Source: a virus (Duplodnaviria; Caudoviricetes). Taken from it: a stretch of 33,175 bases of DNA. The position numbers were made by a program, and so were the translations under genes. The DNA is taken from positions 1-33,175 of IMG/VR virus record IMGVR_UViG_3300032373_000627. One strand, written 5' to 3'. The notes under the pieces are model-generated. The model had not been told where the DNA came from and did no database searches. It was given only the letters and a program-made list of their open reading frames with translations. This document shows positions 8,956 through 19,000 of the stretch, piece by piece; within the stretch, counting starts at the first letter, position 1, and each line of letters opens with the position of its first letter.

Positions 8956-9007
8956 GCCCTAGTGTCGGCCCCTCTGACTGGGGTCGGCCGCGGGCCCACA
9001 CTAGGGC
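8956..9007 (+). terminator. stem-loop downstream of capsid gene (stabiliser/attenuator)
   Basis: 10-bp outer stem GCCCTAGTGT/ACACTAGGGC enclosing CGGCCCC/GGGGTCG hairpin; no U-tract. Confidence 0.45.
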
Positions 9008-9034
9008 CGCAATTTCAATCAGGAGCCGACCCCC

Positions 9035-9784
9035 ATGCCCCACGATTTCGCAGCGCAACCGCCTGCAAAAGCCGCCCCCCAGAAGGTTACCGCTGTCACC
9101 CTTTCGGATGACCGCCTACCCGGAAAGCCCCAACCGAAGTTTATCTACGCCCACCATCCCGGTAACTGGGAATTCGTTTCCGAGGAAACCGGCTTTGTCC
9201 CCCGCATTTCGAAGGTGCCGCTACGCCCAGGGATCAACGGGTGCAGGAAGGGGCCACAAGGGCATTTGCCGGTGCTAAGCCGTCTTCGTATGGAGGGCTG
9301 GGTGATTCTTAACGAAGACGGGCCCGTAAAGGTGTCTAGTCCTACCGGCGAAATCGTGGACGATCACGGCTATCTACTGCGCTACGACGGCGTACGCGGC
9401 GCTACCTATGCGGACGTATGGTCGCGTCCCTTCGTGGTCGGTGCTGGCCCTTCGGCCCGCGTAGATTGGTCTAGCCAGTATGACCGCGAGGGCTGGAACG
9501 CTTGGCGCGTCTTCCTCCGTGAATCCGGGGCCGTCCCGCCGCCTAGCCCCTCGGTGCTAGCCGCGAACATGCGCCGTCAGGAGCGCCGGAGTCGCCGCCG
9601 TATCGCCGAAGCGCACGACGGGGCCCCGCACGTGCAAGCGATTGTGGAGCATGAAACTGCGAAGTTTAACGCTATGCGCGAAGCCGCAGCCGCCTATGGC
9701 GCAAAGGTCCGCGGGCGTAAGCCTCAGGCCAAATCGCGCGTCGTCCGTGCCGCAAAGGGGAAACGTACCAATGTCGACGCCTAA
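9035..9784 (+). CDS. hypothetical protein in head operon
   Basis: 249 aa; AGGAG RBS; globular core with basic C-terminus. Confidence 0.8.
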   Translation: MPHDFAAQPPAKAAPQKVTAVTLSDDRLPGKPQPKFIYAHHPGNWEFVSEETGFVPRISKVPLRPGINGCRKGPQGHLPVLSRLRMEGWVILNEDGPVKVSSPTGEIVDDHGYLLRYDGVRGATYADVWSRPFVVGAGPSARVDWSSQYDREGWNAWRVFLRESGAVPPPSPSVLAANMRRQERRSRRRIAEAHDGAPHVQAIVEHETAKFNAMREAAAAYGAKVRGRKPQAKSRVVRAAKGKRTNVDA

Positions 9785-9935
9785 CGAAGCCCAGAAGCGC
9801 GCCGCTATCGATCGGATGGCTAAGCGAATCCACGATCAAAACCGGCAAACCGGGGACGGTCGCATGTCCTACGAACATGCACAACACGAGGCGCGGAAGA
9901 TTGCCCGCCGCCACGACCAGCGAAACAACGATTAA
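9771..9935 (+). CDS. small basic helical protein
   Basis: MSTPNEAQKRAAIDRMAKRI... 54 aa overlapping upstream stop; AGGGGA upstream. Confidence 0.6.
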   Translation: MSTPNEAQKRAAIDRMAKRIHDQNRQTGDGRMSYEHAQHEARKIARRHDQRNND

Positions 9936-9968
9936 GCTAGGGCGAAAGCGCCCTATCGGAGCATACCG

Positions 9969-10238
9969 ATGGCTGCATCTATCCTAACCCGGGCCGCTGA
10001 TATCGCGTGGAAGGTCCGCAAGTCGGTTTCGGCCGTTTCGGTTGTCCTATTCACGGACGGGGACGCGTTCCCCGCAGACGTTACCGCCCTGCCGAACATT
10101 AGCGCCGGGACGGGCGCCCCAACGGAAGCCGCTAACGACGGTTCGCTATACCTGCGTACGAACGGCACGACCGGGGATAATTCGCTTTATATGCGCATTG
10201 GTGGCGCCTGGGTCGCGCTAGCGGGTGCCACGCCGTAA
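9969..10238 (+). CDS. small virion protein with fibre-type GxGAP...GSLYLRT motif (possible capsid decoration/head fibre)
   Basis: SAGTGAPTEAANDGSLYLRTNG...LYMRIGGAW; GGAG RBS. Confidence 0.65.
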   Translation: MAASILTRAADIAWKVRKSVSAVSVVLFTDGDAFPADVTALPNISAGTGAPTEAANDGSLYLRTNGTTGDNSLYMRIGGAWVALAGATP

Positions 10239-10978
10239 TGCCCGGCCTTACCCAGCGTTACGCGCTGCCGCGGTTTCTGCGGCGCGGCGTAGACGAATCG
10301 TTGACCCTGGATGTCTACGATTCCGCCGGCGTGCAGCAAACCGCCACGGTGGGAACGCTGAGCGTGTTTGCTGGGTCTAGGACCGTCCTAGACGAGGTTG
10401 CGGTAGCGACCCTGGGTCCGCCGGCCGCCTATGCCCTTGCGGCCGCTGTCACGGCTACCGAGGGGCTTAGTGATCGCTGGCTAGAGGTTTGGTCCCTAAC
10501 CATCGGCGGATCTGTCGAGGTCTTCCAGCGGCCCGCGTACCTGGTCCGCCGGTTGCTTACGCCCGTCATCGACGACCGAGACCTAAGCGAGTTGCATAGC
10601 GACCTAGCGGAGCTTCGCGACCCCTCGCAACAGAGCTACGCGGGCCAGCGTCATTCCGCCTGGATTCGGCTAAATAAATGGCTAATCCAACAGGGAAACC
10701 GCCCGGCTCTCATCTTCGATAGCTGGGGCCTTCGGGACGTCCACATTTACCTAAGTCTAGAAATCATCTTTCGGGACTTTGCTACCAGCGTTGGGGACGG
10801 CCGCTATTCCAAGTTGTCGGACCATTACCGGCAAATTGCGCGGGACGAATTCGACCGCCTACAGCTAGCCTATGACTTCGACGAAGACGGCACGAACGAT
10901 AGCGACGCTGAGAAGCGGAGCGCAACGCCGGTAACTTACCTTTCGTCTGGTTGGGCGGGCCGATGGGGGGGCTACTAA
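10238..10978 (+). CDS. putative head-tail adaptor
   Basis: TAATG coupling; N-terminal beta domain plus C-terminal helical domain ending YDFDEDG; positional. Confidence 0.6.
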   Translation: MPGLTQRYALPRFLRRGVDESLTLDVYDSAGVQQTATVGTLSVFAGSRTVLDEVAVATLGPPAAYALAAAVTATEGLSDRWLEVWSLTIGGSVEVFQRPAYLVRRLLTPVIDDRDLSELHSDLAELRDPSQQSYAGQRHSAWIRLNKWLIQQGNRPALIFDSWGLRDVHIYLSLEIIFRDFATSVGDGRYSKLSDHYRQIARDEFDRLQLAYDFDEDGTNDSDAEKRSATPVTYLSSGWAGRWGGY

Positions 10979-11434
10979 ATGGCGTCAACCCTAGACCCGT
11001 CCTGCACGACGATTCGGCAAGTAGTCGAGGAATTCGAAGCGGCTATCCGAAAGCCGCCAAATATCCCCGTCGAAATCCTGGACCCGTTGACGGGGCCGCG
11101 TACGAATCCGAACCAACGGGGTGCCTTGTCTTTGTCCGTCCGTCGGGAGTCGACACGGAACCTAGACCTAGTCCGGAATCAAGAGCATTCCCACGTCGAA
11201 GATATTATCGTTTGCGAGTTTCAAATTCGGCTTTCGCCGAAGGCGCAAAAGGTGACCCGCGGGGAAGTTTTCGACGTGATCGATCGCGTCCGCAATCGAC
11301 TTACGAACCTGACTTTCCGCCGTCAGTGGAACACGAAACACCTAGATACCCGCGAACAGTTGCGAACCGGAGAGCATCTTACGGTGTTTGTCCGCTTCGA
11401 AACTAAGCGATTCGAAACCCTGGGGAATGAATAA
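10979..11434 (+). CDS. putative head-tail joining / tail terminator protein
   Basis: 151 aa in neck region; positional. Confidence 0.5.
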   Translation: MASTLDPSCTTIRQVVEEFEAAIRKPPNIPVEILDPLTGPRTNPNQRGALSLSVRRESTRNLDLVRNQEHSHVEDIIVCEFQIRLSPKAQKVTRGEVFDVIDRVRNRLTNLTFRRQWNTKHLDTREQLRTGEHLTVFVRFETKRFETLGNE

Positions 11435-11949
11435 TGGCCGTTATTAACGAAATCGCGTTGCAGGTAAAGGCTACAGAGCAACAGCCTAACGACCTAGGAA
11501 CGTCTAGCCTGGTCCACCGTTTCAACCTGCTAGGCGCCGAAGGGCTGGACCGTATCACCGTGCCGAATGGCACCGGCGCGGGCGAGCAGAACCGCGTATG
11601 GTCTGCGACCCTTGCGCTAGCGGCCGCGCCCGCAGATCTAGACCTAGCCGGCGGACTTACGAGCAAACTAGACGGGTCCGCGGTTACGTTCGGGACCGTC
11701 TTGGGCTTCGCGCTGGTGAACAAGTCGACCACGGCCGCGGAAGTTGTAACGGTCGGAGGAAATGCCAACGCGTTCGTTAACTGGGTCGGCGCCCAGGCTC
11801 ATACCGTTAAGGTAGGTCCCGGCGGTGTTCTCTTCGTATGGGACCCCACGGACGGCTACGCAGTCACGGCAGGGACCGGGGATGTCCTGACCCTAGACCC
11901 AGGGGCCGCAACGTTTGACGTTGACCTAATTATCTGGGGCACGCCGTAG
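11434..11949 (+). CDS. putative virion structural protein
   Basis: 171 aa, beta-rich, Gly/Ala/Thr/Val-rich; TAATG coupling. Confidence 0.65.
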   Translation: MAVINEIALQVKATEQQPNDLGTSSLVHRFNLLGAEGLDRITVPNGTGAGEQNRVWSATLALAAAPADLDLAGGLTSKLDGSAVTFGTVLGFALVNKSTTAAEVVTVGGNANAFVNWVGAQAHTVKVGPGGVLFVWDPTDGYAVTAGTGDVLTLDPGAATFDVDLIIWGTP

Positions 11950-11950
11950 A

Positions 11951-12280
11951 ATGGCCGCTCTAACCTTCGAAACCGCCCAAAGGGCGCTAGACGATACCCG
12001 CGTTGCCGCGAACCCGGTAACGGTGGACGAAGTCCGCAAGACGGCGGACCTATCGCTAGCGCTAGTCGTCGAGGATTGGCCCGTAGACACCAGGTTTAGT
12101 CTCGACTCTTGGGAGGTTGAAAACGAAGGGCGCGGCGCCGCTATCGTCAATTCCGCGGATTACGCGTCGCATGTTCATTCGGGTCTAGCAGACGCCCTAG
12201 TAACGGCGGCGACCGCGACGCTAGACCACGACACGGAAGAACGTATCAACGAACGCCTAGCCCCTATGTTTGAGGCTTAA
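11951..12280 (+). CDS. HK97 gp10-like tail completion protein
   Basis: WPVDTRFSLDSW...IVNSADYASHVH matches the PVDTG..S...N..YA..V family pattern. Confidence 0.7.
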   Translation: MAALTFETAQRALDDTRVAANPVTVDEVRKTADLSLALVVEDWPVDTRFSLDSWEVENEGRGAAIVNSADYASHVHSGLADALVTAATATLDHDTEERINERLAPMFEA

Positions 12281-12284
12281 ACCG

Positions 12285-12479
12285 ATGAATCGCGAACAAG
12301 CTACGGCAAAACTTACGACTCTAGGGATTGACCCCGCGCCGTTGCTCGCGGCCCTTCGGGCTGGCGTTCCGGTCCTGCGCATCCTGTTGCATTTGGCAAC
12401 GCTACTGCCGGAACCCGAACCTAAGCCTAAGCCTAAGCGAAAGCGCAAGACGACCAAACCTAAGGAAGGGGCTAACTAA
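12285..12479 (+). CDS. small hypothetical protein with Pro/Lys-rich tail
   Basis: GAGG upstream of ATG 12285; TAATG coupling to tail tube gene. Confidence 0.55.
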   Translation: MNREQATAKLTTLGIDPAPLLAALRAGVPVLRILLHLATLLPEPEPKPKPKRKRKTTKPKEGAN

Positions 12480-12976
12480 TGGCCGAATCGACTATCTGTA
12501 AGACGAAGCGGGACGGGACTATTACCTTTTCCGACTTTGGTGGCACCAATTCCTACGAAGTCGCCTTCGAAGCTGGGGACTTGAACGTTGCAATCCCCGG
12601 GCGCGTGGTAAACGTGTTCTTCGACCGTGGCGAATTCGGGGCTACGCCCTGCATTCGGTACGGGGACGACCAGCCTATGACCGGAACGTTTACGGCGTAC
12701 CTACGGGACGCAACAGACGCGACGGCGGCCGCGCTTATGGACTTCCTGACGCAAAGCGGCTTCGTAGATGCAAACTGGACTAGTACCCTAGGGGCAAACT
12801 CTGAAGTTTTCCTAGTTGCGGTGGACTTTGCGATCGAAGGCACCGACCACGGGGAAGCCGCGGACCACGGGCTAGGGTTCAATCATTGCTATCTGACGGG
12901 GTCCATTGCAGAAGGTGACCCGTCGGTAATCACTGTCACGTTTACGAGTTACGCCGTGTACCCCACGGTAACCTAG
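12479..12976 (+). CDS. major tail (tube) protein
   Basis: 165-aa acidic beta-rich protein directly upstream of chaperone and tape measure genes. Confidence 0.75.
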   Translation: MAESTICKTKRDGTITFSDFGGTNSYEVAFEAGDLNVAIPGRVVNVFFDRGEFGATPCIRYGDDQPMTGTFTAYLRDATDATAAALMDFLTQSGFVDANWTSTLGANSEVFLVAVDFAIEGTDHGEAADHGLGFNHCYLTGSIAEGDPSVITVTFTSYAVYPTVT

Positions 12977-12984
12977 GAAGAAGC

Positions 12985-13497
12985 ATGGATATCAGGCCGA
13001 CCCCACTTGAACTACCCGACCGGCGCCCGTTCGTCGTTGTTGGGATTCCTGACATGGAAGACCATCACCTTAAGATTCCGTCGATTATGACGGTTTCTAA
13101 GGTGGTTAAGAGTCTAGAGCGAATCCACATTGCCGCGCTAATGAGCCTACAAGGCAAGGTAGACCAAGCGGGAATGCTGGGGCTTATCAAGGAAGCCGGT
13201 CCGGAATTGTGCGCGGTGCTCGGGGCTCTCATCGGTCTATCCTGGTCGCACCGTGACAAATACCTATCGACCCCGGCCAACGCGGCAGACCCCCTAGCCT
13301 ATGGTGAGGCCGTTTTTGAGGAATTGCATGGTGAGGGCTACCCTCTAGAGTCGCTCGTTATGCTGGGTCTAACGGTGATTCGGGCCGTGTATGACCAATC
13401 GGAAATTAGCGCTGAGGTCAGCGAAAAAGCGTCTTTTTTCTTTCCGATGTTGGTGCGGAAGACTTCCAACGCATCGACATCGGAATCTGTTACCTAA
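12985..13497 (+). CDS. tail assembly chaperone (gpG-like)
   Basis: Between tail tube and tape measure; slippery heptamer TTTTTTC near 3' end. Confidence 0.75.
   Translation: MDIRPTPLELPDRRPFVVVGIPDMEDHHLKIPSIMTVSKVVKSLERIHIAALMSLQGKVDQAGMLGLIKEAGPELCAVLGALIGLSWSHRDKYLSTPANAADPLAYGEAVFEELHGEGYPLESLVMLGLTVIRAVYDQSEISAEVSEKASFFFPMLVRKTSNASTSESVT
13434..13440 (+). other. -1 ribosomal frameshift site T TTT TTC
   Basis: X XXY YYZ heptamer in the correct phase; the -1 frame is open from 13416 to 13904. Confidence 0.75.
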
Positions 13498-13904
13498 ACG
13501 ACCCGTGGGGCTTCGAAAAGCTCGGGCGGGCGCAGCAAATCGAGATCATGGCCTATTGGCACGTCAACCATGGAACGGACCCGCGCCGCGCTGTTTCGTC
13601 TCAGCCGGTTCGCTATGGTGACTTGCTTCACACGCTTCTGATTTCTAAGGGGATCAACCCTAGCGACGTTTCTAGCTCCGCGAAGCCGTCGGGGGCCCCA
13701 GGGACCAGCCGAACCCCCGCACGGGCCCCTAGGGGCTTTGTGGCGCCCGGTAGCGGCCCAGCCGTCCGTGCCTTCGGGGGGAAGCTTACGCCAGGGCTCC
13801 GCGAGCACGCCGCGGCGTGGAGCCGGGACCAAATGCCCGCGGACATGGCAAAGCGAACGGGCGCCGATCCGGCCGCAATCGCTTGGGCCCTACAACCGGA
13901 TTAG
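13440..13904 (+). CDS. tail assembly chaperone frameshift extension (gpT-like)
   Basis: -1 frame reads LSDVGAEDFQRIDIGICYLNDPWGFEKLGRAQQIEIMAYW... into track ORF 13548-13904 and ends 6 nt before the tape measure start. Confidence 0.7.
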   Translation, partial: LSDVGAEDFQRIDIGICYLNDPWGFEKLGRAQQIEIMAYWHVNHGTDPRRAVSSQPVRYGDLLHTLLISKGINPSDVSSSAKPSGAPGTSRTPARAPRGFVAPGSGPAVRAFGGKLTPGLREHAAAWSRDQMPADMAKRTGADPAAIAWALQPD

Positions 13905-13910
13905 GACCAT

Positions 13911-16022
13911 ATGCCTACGATTCGATACGACCTAGAAGCGAATACCGCGGACTTCGAAGCCGGCCTAGGCAAGGCCGCGGGCGCTATGAAAATTGGCCTA
14001 CAAGCCGCGGTAGCCCTAGCGGCCGCCGTTGTTGCGTTGGGGGCTGCATACGGGAAGTTTGTAAACTCCGTGGTCGATGTCGTTGACGAGGTCAATACGC
14101 TGAGCGCCGCGGCGGGCGTAAGCGCGGACACGATCAACGGGCTTAGGCTCGCGGCTCAGGCGACGGGGAAAGAGCTTAGCGCCGTGGTTCCTAAGGACCT
14201 AGCAAAGCAGATTTTCGAGGTATCGAACGGATCCGGCGAAGCGCTACAGGCATTCGAAAAGCTAGGCATTGAGGCGACGAACCTAGACGGGTCGCTTCGC
14301 GATACGGACGACGTCTTTCGGGACATTATCGATAGGCTCGCAGACGTCGAAAGCCCAACGGAGCGCGCCGCGTTGGCGACGAAAGCGCTAGGGGAAAGCG
14401 GTAAAGAGCTGCTATCCGCGTTCTCCGATTCGGATGACCTAGAGCATTTCGTAAACCTAGGGCGCGAATTCGGCATTGAGGTAGGGCCGAACGCAGCCAC
14501 GGCCGCGTCTGAATGGCAGGTAGCAACGGCAAACCTGTCCCTAGCATTCGAGAACGCGGGGCAGACGTTCCTTGATACGTTGGGGGGGCCGTCCCTTCTA
14601 GCCGACTTGGTTAATAACTTTTCGCTCGGATTCACCTTTATCGGGAAGTTTGTGGGCGAGGTTGTGTCGGACATGATCGACAATTTCGGCATCCTTGGCG
14701 GGGTAATTTCGGACGTAATGTCTGGGAATTTTGCCGAAGCGAAAGCCGCTACTGAGAATCTCAAGTTTGCACAAAGCGCCCTGGGGGATGCCTACGACGC
14801 CGCGTTTGAGGAGGCGCGGGGGTTTTGGGAGCTAGCGATACACGCCCCCGCGCCCGCCGCGGCCGCGGTGCAAGACGCCTATGTGCCTGCGTTGGCAAGC
14901 ATTGGGACCGCGACCGGGACCGTTGTAGACCGTTTGGGGGACCTAGAAGCCGCTACGCTGTCGCTACGCGAGATCACGAAGACCGCAACAGACGACCAAT
15001 TGACGGATTCCGCGCGGATTCTCGAAGCCCGGGACGCCCAAGTTGCGGCAATCGTAGCAGAGCAAGAGGCTTTGCTAGTCCTACAAGAGTCGGGGCTGGA
15101 CGTCAGCGAGGCCCTACAAGAATCGGAGCTAGCGCTTTTCGAGGTTCGCAACCGTGCACAGCGGGACCTTACGGAAATCATCCTAGAAGAAGAGGAGACC
15201 CGCCTAGAGCGGATCCAGGAAATCGCGGAAGAACGCCGGAACGCCGAAGCCCAAGCGGACACCGAGCGCCGCGCGGCCGACGAAGCCTATACGGCGTTCG
15301 TCATCGAGCAAGCGGCGCAACGCCAGACCGCGGCGCTAGGGGCTATCGATTCGGTCCTATCCGCTACGCAGACGTTCGCGGACCTAGCCATTGCGGGCGC
15401 AAAGGACGAAGGGAAAGCGCTAAAGGACAACATTGAGACGCTAGAGGAAAAGCTAGCTACGACCGAGGATCTTACCGACGGCGAACGGCGACGGATCGAA
15501 GCGGAGCTAAAGAACCTCAACGCCGAATTGTCGGCCGAACAAGCCACAATCAACCGAGCATTTAAGGGGCGACAGTCGGCCGCAATTACGCAGGTTGCCA
15601 TTGACGCGGCCGCTAGCATCCTGGCCCTAATCCCCTCGTTTGCTTTGCTCGGGCCGGGCGCGCCCGCGGCCGCGGCCGCCGTCGTTGCGCCGGTAGCTAT
15701 TGCCCAGTCCGCCGTAATCGCGGCCCAGAAGCCGCCCCAGTTGCACGACGGCTCAGCGAATGTGGACGAAATCATTGCGACCGTACGGAGTAATGAAGCG
15801 GTGCTAAGCCAGCGTGGGGCCGAAGAGATCGGCCGCGACCGGATCAACGCGGCAAACCGCGGCACGGGCTCGGGCGGTGGAATGGCTACGCAAATCGTAT
15901 TTAGAAATCGGGTGCTAGACCAAATGCTTGCGTCGACAATCGAGGCCGGCGGACGGACTGAACGGCTACTAGCGGCCGGCCGTCCGCCGTCGGGTACCTC
16001 TGATCCTTTTGGTGGGGTTTAG
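13911..16022 (+). CDS. tail tape measure protein
   Basis: 703 aa, Ala-rich helical; N-terminal LEANTADFEAGL; C-terminal LHDG...EIIATVRSNEAVL motif typical of TMP ends. Confidence 0.9.
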   Translation: MPTIRYDLEANTADFEAGLGKAAGAMKIGLQAAVALAAAVVALGAAYGKFVNSVVDVVDEVNTLSAAAGVSADTINGLRLAAQATGKELSAVVPKDLAKQIFEVSNGSGEALQAFEKLGIEATNLDGSLRDTDDVFRDIIDRLADVESPTERAALATKALGESGKELLSAFSDSDDLEHFVNLGREFGIEVGPNAATAASEWQVATANLSLAFENAGQTFLDTLGGPSLLADLVNNFSLGFTFIGKFVGEVVSDMIDNFGILGGVISDVMSGNFAEAKAATENLKFAQSALGDAYDAAFEEARGFWELAIHAPAPAAAAVQDAYVPALASIGTATGTVVDRLGDLEAATLSLREITKTATDDQLTDSARILEARDAQVAAIVAEQEALLVLQESGLDVSEALQESELALFEVRNRAQRDLTEIILEEEETRLERIQEIAEERRNAEAQADTERRAADEAYTAFVIEQAAQRQTAALGAIDSVLSATQTFADLAIAGAKDEGKALKDNIETLEEKLATTEDLTDGERRRIEAELKNLNAELSAEQATINRAFKGRQSAAITQVAIDAAASILALIPSFALLGPGAPAAAAAVVAPVAIAQSAVIAAQKPPQLHDGSANVDEIIATVRSNEAVLSQRGAEEIGRDRINAANRGTGSGGGMATQIVFRNRVLDQMLASTIEAGGRTERLLAAGRPPSGTSDPFGGV

Positions 16023-16025
16023 GCA

Positions 16026-19000
16026 ATGGGCAATCGGAAGAACCAACACCCCACCGGGCTTGCGGTCCTGGACGAACGTTGGGCCCCGGAATGCCTACGG
16101 GCGAACGACGGGGCTACGGGCAATTCCAGCTATACGCAGGCGTCCCCGCGTCCTGGGTCTATGGTCCCTAGCGACCCGCTTACGCGTCAAGCCGTGGGCA
16201 TTGCTGGGGGACAAACCCAGGGGGTAGAGTTGCGGGTCCAGCGGGGCGGGCCGGTCGGACTTGGGGGGCAACTCGCGCTCTATCGCCCGAGCACGTCTAC
16301 CGCGGACGGCGACTATCGGGGCTGGTCCCCTACTATGCCCGGCCCGTACCGGATCCTAGAGCACGAAACGGCGGCAGCGTCCAACGGGGTCTATGTAGAC
16401 GTGATTCCGTCGACCCAAACGCCGCTAGCGCTGCATTGCAGCGCCGCGGGCGAAACAGTCCGGCTACACCGATACAACGACCTAACGACACAGTGGGACG
16501 AATTCGATACCAGCGTATCGGACGGCTACGACATTATCGGCACCGCTAGTTTCCTACTTGTAATGCCGGAAACCGAACGGCTATTGGTCGCGGAATGGGG
16601 GGGCACGGACGTTACGGTAAATTCTAGCGACGATCAAGGGGCAACGTGGCGCAAATACGCCCGTTTCGAAATCGATTTGGCGACGAACGTTTATACCCGC
16701 GCTGCCGCAAACGGGGACGAGATCCTTGTCTTTGGGGCCGACAACGCGGGGCGTATGCAGCAATGGGCTAGTAATACGCTGCTCACTTCTGCCATTCGTA
16801 TTTTCGACGCCACGACGTTCGGCGACCAGCCAAGCGCATTCCCGATCAAGGGGGGCGGCTTCGGCGTCGCGTATATCCGAGACTCCGACAGTTTCCCGGT
16901 CTTTACGCGAATCGGGAACGCATACGAAGACATTAGCACGTCAACGACGACCGTTATCTCTAGTGCCGCGGCTGGGCATTTGGCGGTAACAATCGACCCG
17001 AACGGTTCGATTTACGCGGTGGTTAGGGACTTCCCTGGTAGCGCTTGCCGCGTCTGGTTGTCGCAAGACTATGGCGATACGTGGACCGAGCTAGAAACGG
17101 GCTTCTATCAAGCCAACACGGTCGCGTTTGGTCCTGGCCAGGAATGGCACCTAGCGTCCTGCCGCGGCGGGTTCCTTTGGGGCTTTCGACACGCGGCCGC
17201 GAGCACCCTGGACGACTCGGTAGCCGTCTGGTTCTTGGGCGGTTGGTCTACTGTCACGTTCCGGGATCGGGCGGTGGGTGGCACGGGTAAGCAGGCAACG
17301 CAAGTAGGCTTCGCCCGCGCCGCCCAAGCGCCCGAAAACCAAAATTGGTTGGGGTTCGATTTGCCGTCGTCCCATCCCGGTTGGGTCGCGGTCGGAACGG
17401 TCGCGGGCACGCTTGTATCCCCGGGCGCAATGGACATTACAACGACCGCAAACAATGGGTATTACGAGAACGAATTTACCGCGCCTAACGGGGTAAATGA
17501 CCAAATCCTTTTCTTCTCGGAAGTCGAGGTTCTTAGCGGCGGATCGGTGACGTCCGACGATATCGTATTGCAAACCCGTTGGGCCAACGGTGCATCTACG
17601 CAGGGCGCTACGCTGCGAATGTCGTCGACGCAGATTCGAGTATTGGACGCAGTAGCAGCGACCACGCTAGCGACCGTCGCCGTTGATTTGACGGTTCCAA
17701 CCCAGCTTCTAGTGGCATTGCGCGGGGGTTCGGCCGCGGTGATCGAGGGGGACGGGGAAGACCTAATGTGTTTCTATCGGCAGGGAACCGATACGGAATG
17801 GACCGAATTACATAGCGGGTCGCTTACGGGCGGCGGGGCTGGGCCGGCGACTTGTCGGATTCAAATCGGCCATATCGCAAACTCCACGAGTCAGTCACAA
17901 TGGTACCAGGCGCACTATTGCTCGGCGGATGATGCGGGTTTGGCGGACCAAGCGATAGCACACGAATCGCTACAAGCGAAACTGGGGTCAGAAATCACGC
18001 CGGGCGGTTTCCCGTTGCCCGGTATCGGCGACGAAACGGCAGGGGCAAGCCCCGGAACGGCGTTTATGGTCGCAGGTTCGGGCCCGGGGACTGTCGACGA
18101 ATTCTTTACGGTCGAACCCGACGCCGACTTTTCCATTAAGAACCTTTTCCCGGGTATTTCTCCATCGCCATATCAACCATGGCGATCGACCCAAACGGCG
18201 GTAAACGAGGATATCGTTATCGATCTCGTGTATGACACAAAGCTAGATGGAACCGGGTATACCGTCGTGGTCGCTATCGAGAATACGAATCTAAAAGAGA
18301 TCCAGGTTGGCGCATGGGACGGTGCTACCTTTACGTCCCTAGGGGACGTCGAAATGTCCACCGGCTTCGAGGGGCTTAGCTACACCCTTACGGGCGACGT
18401 TCTACGCCCGGATACGGCGACAACGGCAGACGCGGGCCGGTTCGTGCAGCACGGCGAATTCGTGGGGGGCTACGCCGTTCTAGACCCCACGGGAACGCCG
18501 AAGGTCCGGCGAATTCTATACAATTCGTCCGGCATATGGACCCAAAACGCGACGCTACGCCCAACGTTCCGGCTGGAAGGGGTCGACACGTCCGAGGCCG
18601 CTAGCGGGACATGCGAGCTACGCGCGCCGCGGGGGTTGTTTGTTATCCACCTACCCGACGCGACCGCGGCGCTAGTCGATCGGCTACGGCTGCGGATCAC
18701 GGCAGCAAACAACGACGTAGCCGAAAGCTACTTTCAAATCGGTAGCGCTTTCGTGGGCGGGTTGGTTGGGTTCGGCAAACGCTGGTCTCGGGGTTGGTCG
18801 CGGGCCATGATTCCGAACACGTCCCGTCGCACGTCTACATGGGGAACGACGCGGGTCCGCGAGGAAGGCCCCCCCCGTCGGCGCTGGATCATGTCCTGGC
18901 CCGACGCGGTAGATCTATCGAAGTCCCTACGGGACACGTCCCCCTCGGACGCCGATTTCGTCGGCCCCTCAGGCGGGGAACCGTTGGCGGTCGATCAAGA

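Noticed and set aside
8945-8965. Stop read-through extension of the major capsid protein
   Set aside because: A second in-frame TAG follows after four codons
13548-13904. Independent 118-aa gene
   Set aside because: No clear RBS; better explained as the -1 frameshift extension of the tail chaperone
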